A stretch of 63,238 bases of DNA, filler included, from Choristocarpus tenellus KU-1152 (taxonomy: Eukaryota; Protista; Phaeophyceae), in assembly GCA_964200185.2 (NCBI GenBank). It is 13 parts of 13 records of this genome, joined end to end, with 100 filler letters (N's around TTAATTAATTAA, not from the genome) between each part and the next. Parts side by side here need not be neighbours in the genome. Positions count along the whole stretch, not along the records: positions 12,297 to 15,310 come from CAXNAD020022928.1; positions 15,411 to 18,745 come from CAXNAD020020732.1; positions 18,846 to 32,924 come from CAXNAD020001280.1; 10 more parts are not named here. One strand, written 5' to 3'. A program made the position numbers and the translations under genes. This document shows positions 12,384 to 26,294 of the stretch, piece by piece. The notes under the pieces are model-generated. The model did not search any database and was not told the origin of the DNA. It was given only the letters and a program-made list of their open reading frames with translations. The stretch's first letter is position 1; each line of letters opens with the position of its first letter.

Positions 12384-13582
12384 CGGTCTTGGAATAGACC
12401 GATGCACTTTGTTGCCCATCCATATCTACCCATAGAAGGGTTTTGACACAAGTTGTTTGCTGTAACATCCACCAGTTACCTCCAGACTACGTATGTGTAC
12501 ACCAGAACTATCCCTAATGCCCCAAGTTCACTTCATGTGACTACTTGACCTCGCTAGCCCTTGTCAAACAAGCTGGAGGACCAGTCACACATGAGAAGAG
12601 ACATTGAGATGATGGAATGCCAAGAGCTGCTATTACTGTTATTTTATCGTGGAGCTCAGAGTGGAGGGCATAAAAATGGTAAAGGCTTCAAGGCAGGAAG
12701 TCTGCAAATGCCACTAGTGTAAACAAGTCGATTCATATAAATTTGTCCTCTTCATCAAGGGGCATCTCCAGTAAGTGCAAGTGCAAGTAAGGAGGTCCCT
12801 TTCCTCCCTCTCCCCCTACGGGGAAGGGAATCGTAATAGATTCAACACAAGATCCTGCACTTCACACAAAATTTGGACAAAAAGCTAGAAAAAAAGGTCC
12901 TGAGGGATCGCAACACGGTGAAAAGGAACCTGTGTCGGTGACCCAGAGATGCTTTTTTTTTCTTTCCTACAGGTAGGGGGAGGCACAAAGTTTGGTTGTC
13001 CCCAATAGCAGGAGGGCGTATCAATAATGATATGAACAGTACGCATCATGAAAAAAGAGCAACATTTACAGCTATCATCAAGATGGGGTACATTCATCCG
13101 GCAACCCCCCCCCCTCCCCCCCTGCTCAATTAATAATCACACTGTCATACTCTAGGTTGCATCTCATTTGATAACACAAGATCCAAATTTTTAAAGGGTT
13201 GTACATAGGGGTAGTGTGTCAACAAATGCAAGTTGACGTAAGATAGGCCAACGATAAATACTAATATTGTCACAATTATGCGCCAGCACCAACAAAGTTA
13301 ACTCCCCCCCCCCCCCCCCTCCCCCCCCCCCCCCCCCCCCAAGACATGATTGCCAAAATAGGTCAATACTTTGCACATCAATACAACTACACCATCGCCA
13401 TCACATGCCCACTAAACCCAACCAAGTCCAACGTGTGTGTATGCGCAATACAGGTCAGCAAACAGGTGACTCCACCCTATTGCATTCACCCGCCAATCCA
13501 GGTTTCCTCCTCCTATCCCATCATGTCCCTCCAGCATAGTATCAATAGCCAACAGTATCCATTAAAGTGCCAACCATTGCTC

Positions 13583-14516
13583 TCAAGTCACTCTGAAGTC
13601 ATGCTCGAGTCCGGCGTGAGCTGCGACGCGGTCCAGGTATCCTAGTGTTGTTTGTTGAATTTGTCAGAGGGGCCGACTGTGCTTGTTCATCCCCTGTCAC
13701 GTCCTTGGGACCTGTAGCTCCATTCACACCCACCTCGTTCTGAGTGGAAGACGCAGTGGACGAGGGTTTGGGCTAGGATGGGGTGGGCTTCTGCTCACAA
13801 AAGTGGAGGTGGTTCGGTAAATGAATAGATAGAGAGTATTTTTACTCCATTTCCTTACCTCCCCCTCCCCCTCTCCCAGCAAAAAAAATGTACCTTTCTG
13901 CAAAAAAACCTCTGTGGGTGAATTCGGCAAGGCGCAAAAAAGCATTGGAACAGCCAGATAACCTAACAATGAACGGGTATCGTTTCGAACAAACGGTTTC
14001 CTGGAAGCATATAATGGTGTTCCCTTCTACAACAAAGTCTCCCTTGTTGTGCATTGGGTGCAGGCCACTGACAACAGGGGACGAAAGAGGAAAGATCACT
14101 GCAGGACCGCTCAGGGTCGAGATTCCCTAACCCTTCAACATACCACCTCATCCATTCCCACAAGAAAATTTAAACCCTCCCATTCCTCTCTCACCTTCCC
14201 TTCCTCCACGTTGGAGATCAGAGTAACCCCTTCCTTCATCACCCCTTCACTAGTCACCTCAGTAGCCTCAGGTTCACTCTCATCACCCCCATCACCCTCA
14301 CCACAGTCCTCATCCTCATCACCTCCATCGCAGTCATCATCACTGACCTCATCTTCCTTTCCAACATCCATGGTTTCATTCACTTCCCCCAAAGTCACCT
14401 TGCCACTGCCCCTCCCATTTCCATTGCTGTCCTTGTCTGATCCAACCTCCTCATCCACAGGCCACCCTTTCAACGCTCTAAAATTGGAGATAATGTCTCC
14501 ATGCGGGCGGGTTGAA
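13583..14516 (-). CDS. 3' exons of an uncharacterised protein with an acidic low-complexity region
   Basis: Acidic exon (~14516-14147) followed by phase-compatible small exons giving GYLAVPMLFCALPNSPTEVFLQK-E-AHPILAQTLVHCVFHSER-G-YLDRVAAHAGLEHDFRVT*; the join between the acidic exon and these is unresolved. Confidence 0.45.
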
Positions 14517-15310
14517 CTGCTCCGCAAGCAGGAACAGTCAAAGGAAAGAGGTCCCACCCCCACACCCCCCACCCACCAAAACAACACAACAAACGAAATG
14601 TGTAATACGNNNNNNNNNNCCACCCACCCACCCACAAGGCATTTGTTTTGGTTGTTAGTCGAGGTGATATCCCATGCGCGTTGGCCATCCCACAAGACAA
14701 AAAGAGGTACTAGAAAAGAAGAAATCTCACAAAAGAAACACACCAAGACTACCCGCATGCATATTTGTACCAGTCCAAGACCTTGCCCCAAGATTGAATA
14801 GGACATTACTTGTGAATAGGACCAAGGGGACCCGGCCGATGTAACAAAGCAAAGACAAACAAACAACCATTGCAAGATCAAGGGCCGGGGTCCGTGTTCA
14901 CGTTAAGTGATCTCCGCCCTGTTTCCTCTCAATGCCAACCGGAAGGAACTTAAGTAGGCATGCATAACTGACCCTGCACATCAATCTGCTAGTGCCACTG
15001 TTCACACATTGATGCCCCCACGAAGTAGGCTTTACTGAATTGCTGGGCAGAGCACCGGACCATTTTTCTGTTCTTGACACCACCACTCTACTATCACACA
15101 TACAAAATTCTGATTCTCTGGCTACTTACTACTACTACCTTGACAAAAAAAAATATTTACCACTATATAGTGTACCTAATAAAAAAAAACTTCTGCATCA
15201 AAAGAAAAGGAATTAATTCCTGAACATAACCTCGAATCGACTGGGGCAAAACTAATCCATATCTTGGAGGGAGGTCAATGTATCCATAACTCAAATTACC
15301 CCCCCTCCCC

Positions 15311-15410
15311 NNNNNNNNNNNNNNNNNNNNNNNNNNNNNNNNNNNNNNNNNNNNTTAATTAATTAANNNNNNNNNNNNNNNNNNNNNNNNNNNNNNNNNN
15401 NNNNNNNNNN
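15311..15410. other. Artificial contig linker
   Basis: 44N-TTAATTAATTAA-44N. Confidence 0.98.
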
Positions 15411-15789
15411 ATGTAAGTGCACTTATCCTTAACAGGGCCCAAAAAAACCCCCCGGTGGAGCCCCCCCCCCCCCCCCCCACAGATGCTTTGAGTGAGAGAG
15501 TAGTGACTGCAGCATGGGATGAGTATTTCAAGGATTCTTTGATTGGTCAACCTTGAGCATGCTGAGTGTCACAAGATTTGGTCAAACCCTAACCCTTGCC
15601 TCGCCCTCTTGTTTTTTTAATAATTTTCTTTTTATCAAGTCAAGACACACTAATGTATCTCTTTTTGTGCATGGTGTGACTTTTAACTTCTTGAGCGTGT
15701 CCGCGATGCACCCTGTCTTTAGCATATTGTTCTTCAACACTTTGTGAGGTGATCAGTACACTGGTTTTTTTTAATATTGTTGTGGTCAG

Positions 15790-16877
15790 GATGATGATGC
15801 TGTCTGTGCTACATGGGGAACTCAGTGGTGGATATATGACCTGGGTTATGAGCCCTCTAAGGACAGCATGTGGGAGACTTGGGAAGTGGATGGACAGGTG
15901 GGTCTTTTTTTTCTTTTAGATTGCTTGCGTGTGTTGATCATCTTAGTTCAACATGGTTTGTCTAGGGCCCTCTGATCATTGTGCTCTTGAATTGTTGGAG
16001 AGGTGGGTTTGGTTAAGGATGGGTATGTGTTCCCAGGGGATTTTCTTGCTTCTGTTGTTTAACTTTTGGGGCATTGCTGATACGCCTCTTGTTTCTTAAT
16101 ATAGTCAGCGAACACTTGGGTGTGTTAAGAATATAGCCAGTGACCAACTGAGACCATTCGGGGCATCGAACTCCGTCTCCCTTCTGTTGCTGATTTTTTT
16201 TTCTCTTTTGAATGATTGTATCACCCATTTAGAACAGGAAAATCTCTTCCCTGTCTAAAAACCGTTGGGCAGAGGACAGTACATGGTACCAAGTACTTCC
16301 CTCTGTATGCCTCCACCTTATTCTTGAGCAACTCACCCTTTTTTAGCTATCCCTGAGAATATTCGTTGATTCCACGTGTTCCAAGGTATTGACAGGGGGT
16401 TTTTCCATGATTGTGTACTAGTTTTAAAATTGATAGAAACTGATTTCACCATGTGTGCCTTTTACACAAGAAACATCTGTGCACAGGGTAGGGAAAGGGG
16501 GGTGGGATGGGGCAGGGGGGCAATCTCTATTGGAAGAGATCTGTGTTGACCATATGATACAATATTGGTTACAACATAGCTCAAGGTACAGCCAACACAT
16601 TATATTACTGACTTGTGAAATACTGGTTTTGCATACACTTATTACTACACTTGGAACACCTGCACTGTAGTGAAATATATTTGATGGTCTCCACCCGGTG
16701 CCCTGTACCTCTTTTGGTCCCTTCCAAAAAAAAAAGGTTGCTGGGTACGTCACAAGGTTTGAGGGTGTGGATCTGTCCTTCGTGACAGTGCATTCAGCTG
16801 GGCATGAGGTGCCAGCCTACCAGCCGGAGCGAGCCCTCAAGCTGTTTGAGAAATTCCTTGATGGAAGTTGGTTCTGA
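15790..16877 (+). CDS. Serine carboxypeptidase (peptidase S10), last two exons 15790-15897 and 16737-16877
   Basis: DDDAVCATWGTQWWIYDLG…WEVDGQ|VAGYVTRFEGVDLSFVTVHSAGHEVPAYQPERALKLFEKFLDGSWF*; catalytic Asp and His (AGHEVP) motifs; phase-0 GT-AG intron; missed by the ORF track. Confidence 0.92.
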
Positions 16878-18745
16878 GCTACAAGTAATACAAGAGTATT
16901 TGCATCACCAACGAGAGGACACAGAATTGGGGGGGGGGGGGGGGGGGACTCTCTTGAAGGGGGAAAAAAAAGAAAAGGGTTTAGTAGNNNNNNNNNNGGT
17001 GGTTGTGGGCGACGATTAATAAAAGATGAGTTGCATCACCAACGATGGGACCGAGGATGGGGGGGGGGGGGGAGTGGACTCTCTTGAAGGAGGAATAAGA
17101 AGAACAGGGTTTAGTAGGTAGTGAAGTAATGAACAACTCCTAGAGATACTCTGTTTTTGTAACAGAGCAGGGTAAGTTCGTCTACATGGATGCTTGTTTC
17201 AATTTACAACCTTCTTGACTTTATTTTTTCTTGTGGGGCTACCCTCCTCCACGTTAGTTGATAAAACTCAATGGTGAGGCTTCAAATAACTTCTTTTGTT
17301 AGTGATTCGGTTTGAAGAATGGAAGCTGTTTGTGCAGATAATGTAAATGGAGAGGGGTGGAGGGTGAAAGTAGGAAGGGGGTGGTGTTGACCCAAAGGTC
17401 GAGTGATTTCTGATTATGATTTGTAGTTATGTTTGTGGCCTTAGGGTCAGATTTGCCTTATATGCATGGGAGTGTGGAAAAGTAAATTGTAGCTGCTGCC
17501 TCTGCACTAGTAGTTGGTGAATCCGGGTATGACACAGGTATTTTTTATGGTGTATTCCTAAGTACCTGATACCACAGGTGCCTCATCCTGATTAGAGTGA
17601 GACAAACATGGACTAGTTTGCTTTGTATAATCTAGAGGAAAGCAAAGCAAGTTTGGTTGTCTGTGTCTCAATTGGATTGTAACTCCTCTCAGGTGTACTT
17701 TTTGGCAATGGATACGTGTGCAAGATGTGATGTTGACATCGGAGTGGATGAGATATATCTGTTATGCAGCGGGGAGGGGGGGGGGATTTGATTGACGTAG
17801 TAGTAGGTTAAGTGTTGATATGGTTATGGTGAGACAGACGGGCTTGCAGCAGCACTGGTACAGTGCTTAGTGTGGGTCCTTGGCTTGTTTTTTTTTCTTT
17901 TGAATAGAGACGGTTTGAGGCTCACTTTTGTGGTAACAGCAATATTCATCGACTTTCAGCTATCATCAGTGATGTGCATCACATTTCTTTCAAGAGTCTT
18001 AGTTCCGTCTTTGCGTTGATGGGCTGTGACACAGCAAGGGCAAGTAAAAATGCACATATATATTGCCTCATTGAAGTGTTGTTGCCATTAGTTTGAGTTT
18101 GGGTTGCCGGCTTTCATGCAATGTGCAATAATGATGGGACACTCGAGTCCCAGCTCAGCATACAAATCTGCTCTGTCTTGTGAACCTTTACACACAATGA
18201 ATGTCATTTCTTTTGTCAGGTGTTTGCTCAAACAAGTAGGTTCCTGATCAAACTCCACACTCTTTCGTAAGGAGTTATATTTGATTGTGGGGCATGATAA
18301 ACTGGCGCTGTAGCTGGTGTTCATATCACCATTGCCTTGTCTGATCCATGTTACTATTCCTGCCAGTTGAGCAAGAACAAAGATGCAATGCAAAAAAGGA
18401 GGATACTTTTACGCTCCTGTTATTGCTTGTCTTTTTTATGGTTTCCTATGTAACGTCTGATTCAATAATTATTTTTTATTTTTGCAGGAGGATACTCTAC
18501 GATCGGTGTACAACTCCCAGCACATTTGATAGTACTTGAACAGTACATGTAGTTGTGTGTTGGTATCAACCTGTCGTGAGTGGCACTGAGTTGTTGCATA
18601 GGAGTAGGGTTAGGTCCCGATTAGTTTGCTGCTGCAGCCTTGTCTGTGAGTAAATCCATGTGTTAATTTGTAACTGGGTCAACAATACTTGAAACAGCAC
18701 TCTACATTGTCGACCTTCGTCTACTCCCCCCCCCCCTTCCTCCCC

Positions 18746-18845
18746 NNNNNNNNNNNNNNNNNNNNNNNNNNNNNNNNNNNNNNNNNNNNTTAATTAATTA
18801 ANNNNNNNNNNNNNNNNNNNNNNNNNNNNNNNNNNNNNNNNNNNN
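18746..18845. other. Artificial contig linker
   Basis: 44N-TTAATTAATTAA-44N. Confidence 0.98.
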
Positions 18846-19675
18846 GTCAGAAATAGGGTACGATTTTTCTCAGATGCAGGGAGATAGGAAAAAAGAACAG
18901 ATGTTAGGGTTAGGGTTAGACCCAGCTCTAACCCTAAGTCGTCTGGTCGAGGTACGAAGTTTACTTTTGAGAATGTTTCAATCAGCTTTGAGATACGGGT
19001 GTAAATTGAAGTATTATGACACTAGTTGATGCCCCCCCCAGAACTCTCGTTTTCATAAAAAAAAAAATTCCACGAATACCTCGTTCTTAACTCACCTTTC
19101 TTTTGGTTCACAAAGAATAATAACCCTCAAAAACAACCAACTGCTGTGTTGGAGCTACGCCAAATCGTTCCAAGTTAAGGACACAAGAAATGACAACAAG
19201 GAAGGCAATACTACCATTACGTTTTCTTGCATTATTTTATTATCACATTACCATTACCATTATGTTATATTATTTTATTATCACATTACCATTTCCATTA
19301 CATTACGTTACATTATTCTATTATTACAATAGCGTTAGCATTACTATTACATTACCATTATATATTGAATCATTTTAATATTTCATTACATTACACCCTG
19401 GACTGTACCAGCATAAGCATGAACTATCACCAACGCATGTACATACATTCAGTTACCAAAAAAATAACTCCTACTGAGTACATTCAGCAACAAAAAACTA
19501 ACAATGGTGCGATAACCTCAACACTACTAACCCTAACCCTAACCCCATACTGGCAGTATCACCAATGCTACGCTGCACATAAGCACATACTATGCTCACA
19601 ATAACAGTGCAAGACATACTACGACACTTGTTTCATAGTATCCCAACAAACATAACGGACATACAACACTCTGCA

Positions 19676-20062
19676 ACAATATAACAAACAATATAACAAA
19701 CAATATAACAAAAAATATAACAAACAATATAACAAAAAATATAACAAACAATAAACAAACACTGCAACAAACAATATAACAAACACTATAACAAACAATA
19801 TAACAAACACTATAACAAACAATATAACAAACACTATAACAAACAATATAACAAACACTATAACAAACAATATAACAAACACTATAACAAACAATATAAC
19901 AAACAATATAACAAACACTATAACAAACACTATAACAAACAATATAACAAACAATATAACAAACACTATAACAAACACTATAACAAACACTATAACAAAC
20001 ACTATAACAAACAATATAACAAACACTATAACAAACAATATAACAAACAATATAACAAACAA
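19676..20062 (+). repeat. 12-bp minisatellite
   Basis: About 30 units of A(A/C)TATAACAAAC. Confidence 0.95.
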
Positions 20063-20622
20063 GATCAAAGCACCCCCCCTCCCAGGCAACACTTGTTCAT
20101 TCCTCTTCCAGTTGTACCCAGTGCCAAAAAGTGCCAAAAAACGGTACGGAACTCTCATGTGTATCAAATGAATAATAATAATAAACAAATTACGGAATTT
20201 TATCGTGACCCAAACGGTGCAATAATAATAATAAAAAAAATTAGTTAAAACAATAATAAAAAAGTTTGCAATTAGTCCGTCCATGCACATGGTTGTAGAA
20301 ACTGATGCACCAATGTCTGGTGTTTTGAATAGTTGAGATAATTTCAATATGGCGGTGATTGATTACACCATAGTATCTCATTTAAATATATATATATGTA
20401 TATAATATTTAAATAAAGAAGAATACACAGGTAATACAGGCAATGTATAGTATGTTGTGATCACAAGGAGCAGAGCATCGATCACATACTCTACAAAAGT
20501 CAGGTGCCCTTATTAAATATATATATATATCTCTGTCTCAACCCATTCATCAATATTTTTTATCAATCCCTGCAAGAGATTCAACGCATCAAGGTGATAA
20601 TCGTTCTCCGTACACCTTGGAC

Positions 20623-20817
20623 AACAGTACACTATTGTAACACAATGTTGTGTTATGTTATCACCTTGTGTTATCACTCTGGAAACTAACAGTACACTAT
20701 TGTAACAAAATGTTATGTTATGTTATCACCTTGAGTTATCACTCTGTAAACTAACAGTACACTATTGTAACACAATGCTATGTTATGTTACCACCTTGCG
20801 TTATCACCCTGTAAACT
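20623..20817 (+). repeat. 65-bp tandem repeat x3
   Basis: Units start 20623, 20688, 20753 (aacagtacactattgtaacacaatg…). Confidence 0.92.
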
Positions 20818-20909
20818 GTTACTACTACTATGTACACAAGCTATGCATGACTTGGTCTGGAGGTGATACAGGCACTACTACATGGTGAGTCAAGTTATGC
20901 ATGACTTGG

Positions 20910-21110
20910 TCTTAAGAGGGCAGAGCCCGTGTGTCCGTTTGGGGACCAAAATCCAATGTTGCAATTTTGATGTATTTTTGGTTATCATGTTTGTTAGTAC
21001 GTGTCAATATCCTTGTTCCGGACACAACTTTTCATAACATATACATTTTACCTACTCCAAAGCATTTCGGAGTATGAATATATCATAAACCTCCCCCCCC
21101 GTGGGAAGCA
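20910..21110 (+). mobile_element. Truncated copy of MITE family A
   Basis: Internal sequence (gtccgtttgggg…aatccaatgttgc…gtgtcaatatccttgttccggacac…cctactcc…gtgggaag) matches 54336-54593. Confidence 0.8.
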
Positions 21111-21378
21111 ACTTGCTAGGGTTAGGGTACGACTTGGATTTGAGTGTTATGGGCATAACATAGTGTTGTCTTCTTAACATAAAACACTTTGTGTTAAACA
21201 ATCAATGAAACGACTTAACATTTTGAATCTTAATGTCACAAGATGTGCTATGGAGTATCACAACGGCGATAGTGCTTTAGCACATATCACAACATTGAAG
21301 GGCTATCTATGTCAAATTCGCAACATCCACAAAAGGAATCTAAATAGAATCTGTAGATTCGTCACTGTACATAAAAGT

Positions 21379-21762
21379 CTTGGACAACGTAACACTCAGC
21401 ACTATGTTATGCTTGTAACACTTGAAACAGAAACAGAGTGCACAAAAAAAAGCCAGTGAGAGACACTTTTGCCCGTCAAGTCTGTCAATAAGCACTGCAA
21501 TTTTTCCATTTTCAATAAAGAAAAAAATGTGTTATAGCACAACACAATGTGGGTCTTATCGTAACACTTTGGGGGGTGTTAATCTGCAATGCTATGTTGT
21601 CTCGCAACACAATGTTGTAACATAAAGTATGTTGCCATTTTATGGCAACATACTTCATGTTCATTTTTTTCCCGGAGTGTTATGGACACCACATAGTGTC
21701 GTATGCGTTTCTGTCATCAGTGTTACAGGTGTAACATAGTGTTGAGTGTTATGTTGTCCAAG
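21379..21762. mobile_element. Imperfect ~55-bp inverted repeat pair (possible MITE)
   Basis: cttggacaacgtaacactcagcactatgtta…acagaaac (21379-21434) vs gtttctgtc…taacatagtgttgagtgttatgttgtccaag (21707-21762). Confidence 0.6.
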
Positions 21763-22756
21763 GCGTGCAATATATATATATATATCTTGGAGTAGTAAGA
21801 TTGTACTGTTTTTTCCCATTTTGACCAGCAAAAACACAAAAAACAAGAGATTACCATGCTTACTACAGGACCATATGAAGGAGTACCTAAAAAATGTGTG
21901 CATGCAATATACAACCAGAGCATAATCCAATTTAAAAAAATGCCACATAGCATTTTGCTCTTAATTTATTTACTGCTCACTATGTGCTACATAGAATAAC
22001 ATACCATAACATATAGTACACACACGCCTTTTATTTTACAACAATACAATGCTCATAAGAAGTACTCCAAAGTGGACATTGAGTAAATCAACACAATACT
22101 TAGACCTCCAACGAATGTGCAATCAAAAAGCACATAAAAAACACACATAAACAGACATAAACAGTCATCATAAACAGACATAAAACACACATAAACAAAC
22201 ATGACACCTTCTTGCATACTATTTGCAGAACATTTCACGCCTTCCATGTTCTAAATCCTTACTAAAAAAGACAAAACAAAATACACATGTGCACCGAAAA
22301 TGCAATAACCCTAACCCTAACCCTATGCAATAACACACTGTGTCAACTAATACCTCAAATGGATGTATCCACCCAGTCACTCCACACATGTGCACCTTAG
22401 TCTTATTGAGTTAACCCGATACTCTGACCAATCAAAAGACAGCATTCAGGTCGACCAATCAAATTGGAAGTAAAGTAGAAGCCATTCACACACGCCCGCT
22501 GTCCCCTCAACCTCAGCAACACTAACAAAAAACGCCTCCACATATATATATATATTTGGATAGATTTTAGAACAAATTCTCAAACAATATTTTATGAATA
22601 TGTAACTTATATTGTAACACCAGTGGACAATCATCCCCATCCCTCAAGGATAAAGCAATGAGTGAAATTGACGGGTAGACTGCATTTGACCAATCAAAAT
22701 ACAGCGTTCAGGTCACACCCAAGAGGGATGATTCCGATTGACCAATCACATCTCAC

Positions 22757-23185
22757 CTCTCTCCCAGGACTGGACGTATCTGACTCATCGTGACAGAAGA
22801 GGCAGAGAGTGTCTTTCCCCTGCAAGTACATTGGTTGGATTGATTTCAACAACAACAAAGATTTTTTTTTTTTAAGGGAAGGGGGGGGGGGGAGTGAGAA
22901 GGGCAAAAAAATGTCACAAATCTTGCAAAAAACCTAACAGCAGGCAGAGTAGAGCCTAGGGTTAGGGTTAGCCTCTCAACGGGTATTAGCAACATCTCCA
23001 AAAAAACATATATATACACATCATAGACCGTCTTGTTTATATGTACATATGTATGCGCATATAAAAATATATGCATTTATAGGGTCTGCTCGTGCAGATT
23101 GTTTCAACACAATTCAAGCGATGTTGAAGAGAGGAAGTAACACTTAATCAACACAATACATATACATATACTACTATTACTATTT

Positions 23186-23216
<31 letters not shown>

Positions 23217-23657
23217 AGGGAGTAAACATGGGTACAGAGAAACAACACGCCATGCCCTCTACAAAAACTTACTCCAAACATACTGGGTGAGGGGTTGAGT
23301 ATCCCTAACCCTAACCCTAACCCTAACCATACATACACATACACTAGTAGTATCATGTTTCTACAAAAAAAAATGTTTCCATGCCGAGCACCTCCCACGC
23401 AGTTGTTTCAAATATATATTTTTTCTTGAACAAAAATAAAAAAAGAGAGGCTCTTTCTTGCCCATGCATTCAGAAATCACGCCTTCCAAACATCCATCCT
23501 GCCCATACATGCATACATGCAAATATTAATCATGAACAATGGTTTGGTCTCATAAAGAGTGCTCTCAAAAAGAGATTCGTGAAGAAGCCAAGGATCGGCA
23601 AAGGAAATTTCTAAAGGAAATTTCTCTGTGAGATATTAGCATGTTCAGACATTAATA

Positions 23658-23700
<43 letters not shown>

Positions 23701-24538
23701 TCAATACCGTCAATACTTTTTCCTTTTCTTTAATTATTATTATTATTATTATTATTTTTTGAACTAATACTCTTGTTTCTACCAAATTTGGTAAACAATG
23801 TCGTAACGACTGAATCCTCTTGAAAATGTCTTCACATTAAAGAAAGTACTGTATTTTTTATTAAAGAAAAGAAAAGAAAAGAAAAGAAAAAGAAAAACGA
23901 CTTTTTAAAATAACAAGCCCCTGGTTCTAATACGCCTCTGGTCAAACGAGGGAAATTCTTAGAAAATTCTTAGAAAAGAAACGTACCGGTACTACTATCT
24001 TAACAACAAAAATATAACAACTATGATTTGGACAAGTGCGACCACTGCCTGATTTCAAACTGCATCAGCAAAAAGAAAAAAAAACATACAAAAAACTGAA
24101 AAAAAGACACAATCCGCTTCAAATGCACCAAAAAACTGGAAAAAACTGAAAAAAAAGACAAAATCCACTTCAAATCCACTAAGAAAAAGACAAGAACTGA
24201 AAAAAACTGAAAAAAAGACACAATCCGCTTCAAATGCACCAAAAAACTGGAAAAAACTGAAAAAAAAGACGAATCCACTTCAAATGCACTTAACAAAAAT
24301 ATAATGTAAACGATATCACCAGGTGAGCCCATCCAGTACACACACCCTAACCCTAACCCAAATCTACCACTGACAAAGCTCTAGATCTACGGCTAGTCAA
24401 ATTTTTGTCAGAACACATACCCATCCGCCATGCCCATCCTCCGACGCACAACTGTGCCCTTGCCCTTCCCTTCCACCCTGGGCCTCCCCCTCTTAGCAGG
24501 CTTCTTAGGCGGAGTCGGCGAATTGTCTCCCTCGCTAT

Positions 24539-24569
<31 letters not shown>

Positions 24570-26260
24570 GTCCCCTACCATTGGAAGCTTCCCCTCTAAC
24601 CATGCCTGCATGGGCAGCTTTGGCAAAGACTCTTCTTCACCACTTTCCACCACACACCCTTCTCCTCCTCCTCCTCCTCCTCCTACCCCTGGTCCCCTGT
24701 CCTGAGGCCCGCTGGTCCCCCTACCCCTTGGCCGCCGACGTTCACCCTCTGTGGGGTTGGAGGTGGTACCACTGGTACCACTGGTACTAGTGGTACTAGC
24801 GGAACCAGAGTTCTTTCCTCGCCTTAGTGTGATTGTATTGCATAGCGTTAGGGTTAGGGTTAGGTCTTGGTTTTGGGTTCGGGTTAGGGGAGGGGGGACT
24901 ATGTCTCTAGGTTGTCCAGAGAGGGACTTCAAAAGTACTAAGTGTCTAAGTACTATGTGCTTATGTTTCAACTTGTGTGTGTATGCTATATGTACATATG
25001 TATGCATATATATGTGTATGTAGCCTGCTTACGTCGGTTCTCCCACCATGGGAGGAGATAAGAGACAGTGTCACAGGTCCCTGAACCCTAACCCTAACCC
25101 TAACCCTATGGGAAGTTTGACCTCATGCACCAGTCACCCAGTTCGTATAGCCGACACAGCCCCAGTGCCTTGAAATACACCTCCAAACATCTAACAACTC
25201 CACCACAGACTACTTAGGGTTAGGGTTAGGGTAACCGTTTGAAAAGGGTTAGGGTCGTAGATCGTAGAAGGCAACAGTAAGACACAACATACTAACCCTA
25301 ACCCTAACCCTAAGGCAACAGTAAGACACAACAGACTACTTAGCACCAACAGCCTAACCCTAACCCTAACCCCTCTTCTGATCAAGTTGACATCCAGTAC
25401 ATATATTTATCAATATATTTATCAATATATTTATTGATATCTAACCTCTTTTGCGCTTTGAACACCGATAACAATATGCAAAACAAACCATGCTATACAC
25501 ACATATCTATTTATGTATTTCGGCATGTATTCACACATATTCACACACATATGTAAGTACCAATTATATCAAAAGTATCAATAGTATCAATAGTACCAAT
25601 TATATCAAAAGTATCAATAGTATCAATAGTACCAATTATATCGAAAGTATCAATAGTATCAATAGTACCAATTATATCGAAAGTATCGAAAGTACCAATA
25701 GTACCAATTATATCGAAAGTATCGAAAGTACCAATAGTATCAATTATATCGAAAGTATCAATAGTACCAATTATATCGAAAGTATCAATAGTATCAAGGT
25801 TGACTCTGAACAGTGATGAGAGAGCACAGAACATTCTCGGACAATCATAGTACTAACACAGTATTTGAAGAAAAAATGTAAATAAATAATAACCCTAACC
25901 CTTGAATATAAATAAGAAATAGTAAATGAACAGTAATTTTCCCCTCCCACCCACATACCTTCCTCTTGGTGTCTTGGTCAAACTCGATGATCTCCTGGTC
26001 TCATTCTGACCCCTGGTCCTCTTCTTCCCCTTCCCCTTAGGAGCAGAACCATCATTGGACGCATTAGCATCATTGGAAGCATTAGCACCATTGGAAGCAG
26101 TAGCACCATTGGAAGCATTAGCATCATTGGAAGCATTAGCACCATTGGAAGCAGTAGCATCATCAGAGCTTGTTGCAGCACCATCACCACTCCCCCCCCC
26201 CTGCTTACGAGGCAATTAAACAAAAAATCCAGTGTCAAGAGACATTTTTTCCTGTTTTAC

Positions 26261-26294
<34 letters not shown>

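Noticed and set aside
14049-14801. 250-aa Ser/Pro-rich + strand ORF
   Set aside because: Antisense shadow of an acidic exon on the - strand; runs through an N gap
16900-17117. Direct duplication around the 10-N gap
   Set aside because: Short, poly-G-containing and gap-adjacent; may be an assembly overlap; uninformative
19619-20347. 242-aa hydrophobic ORF (ILFVIVFV…)
   Set aside because: Translation of a 12-bp minisatellite that lacks stops in that frame
25490-25834. SINSTNYIE / IDTFDII repeat proteins
   Set aside because: Both strands of an intronic 9-bp minisatellite
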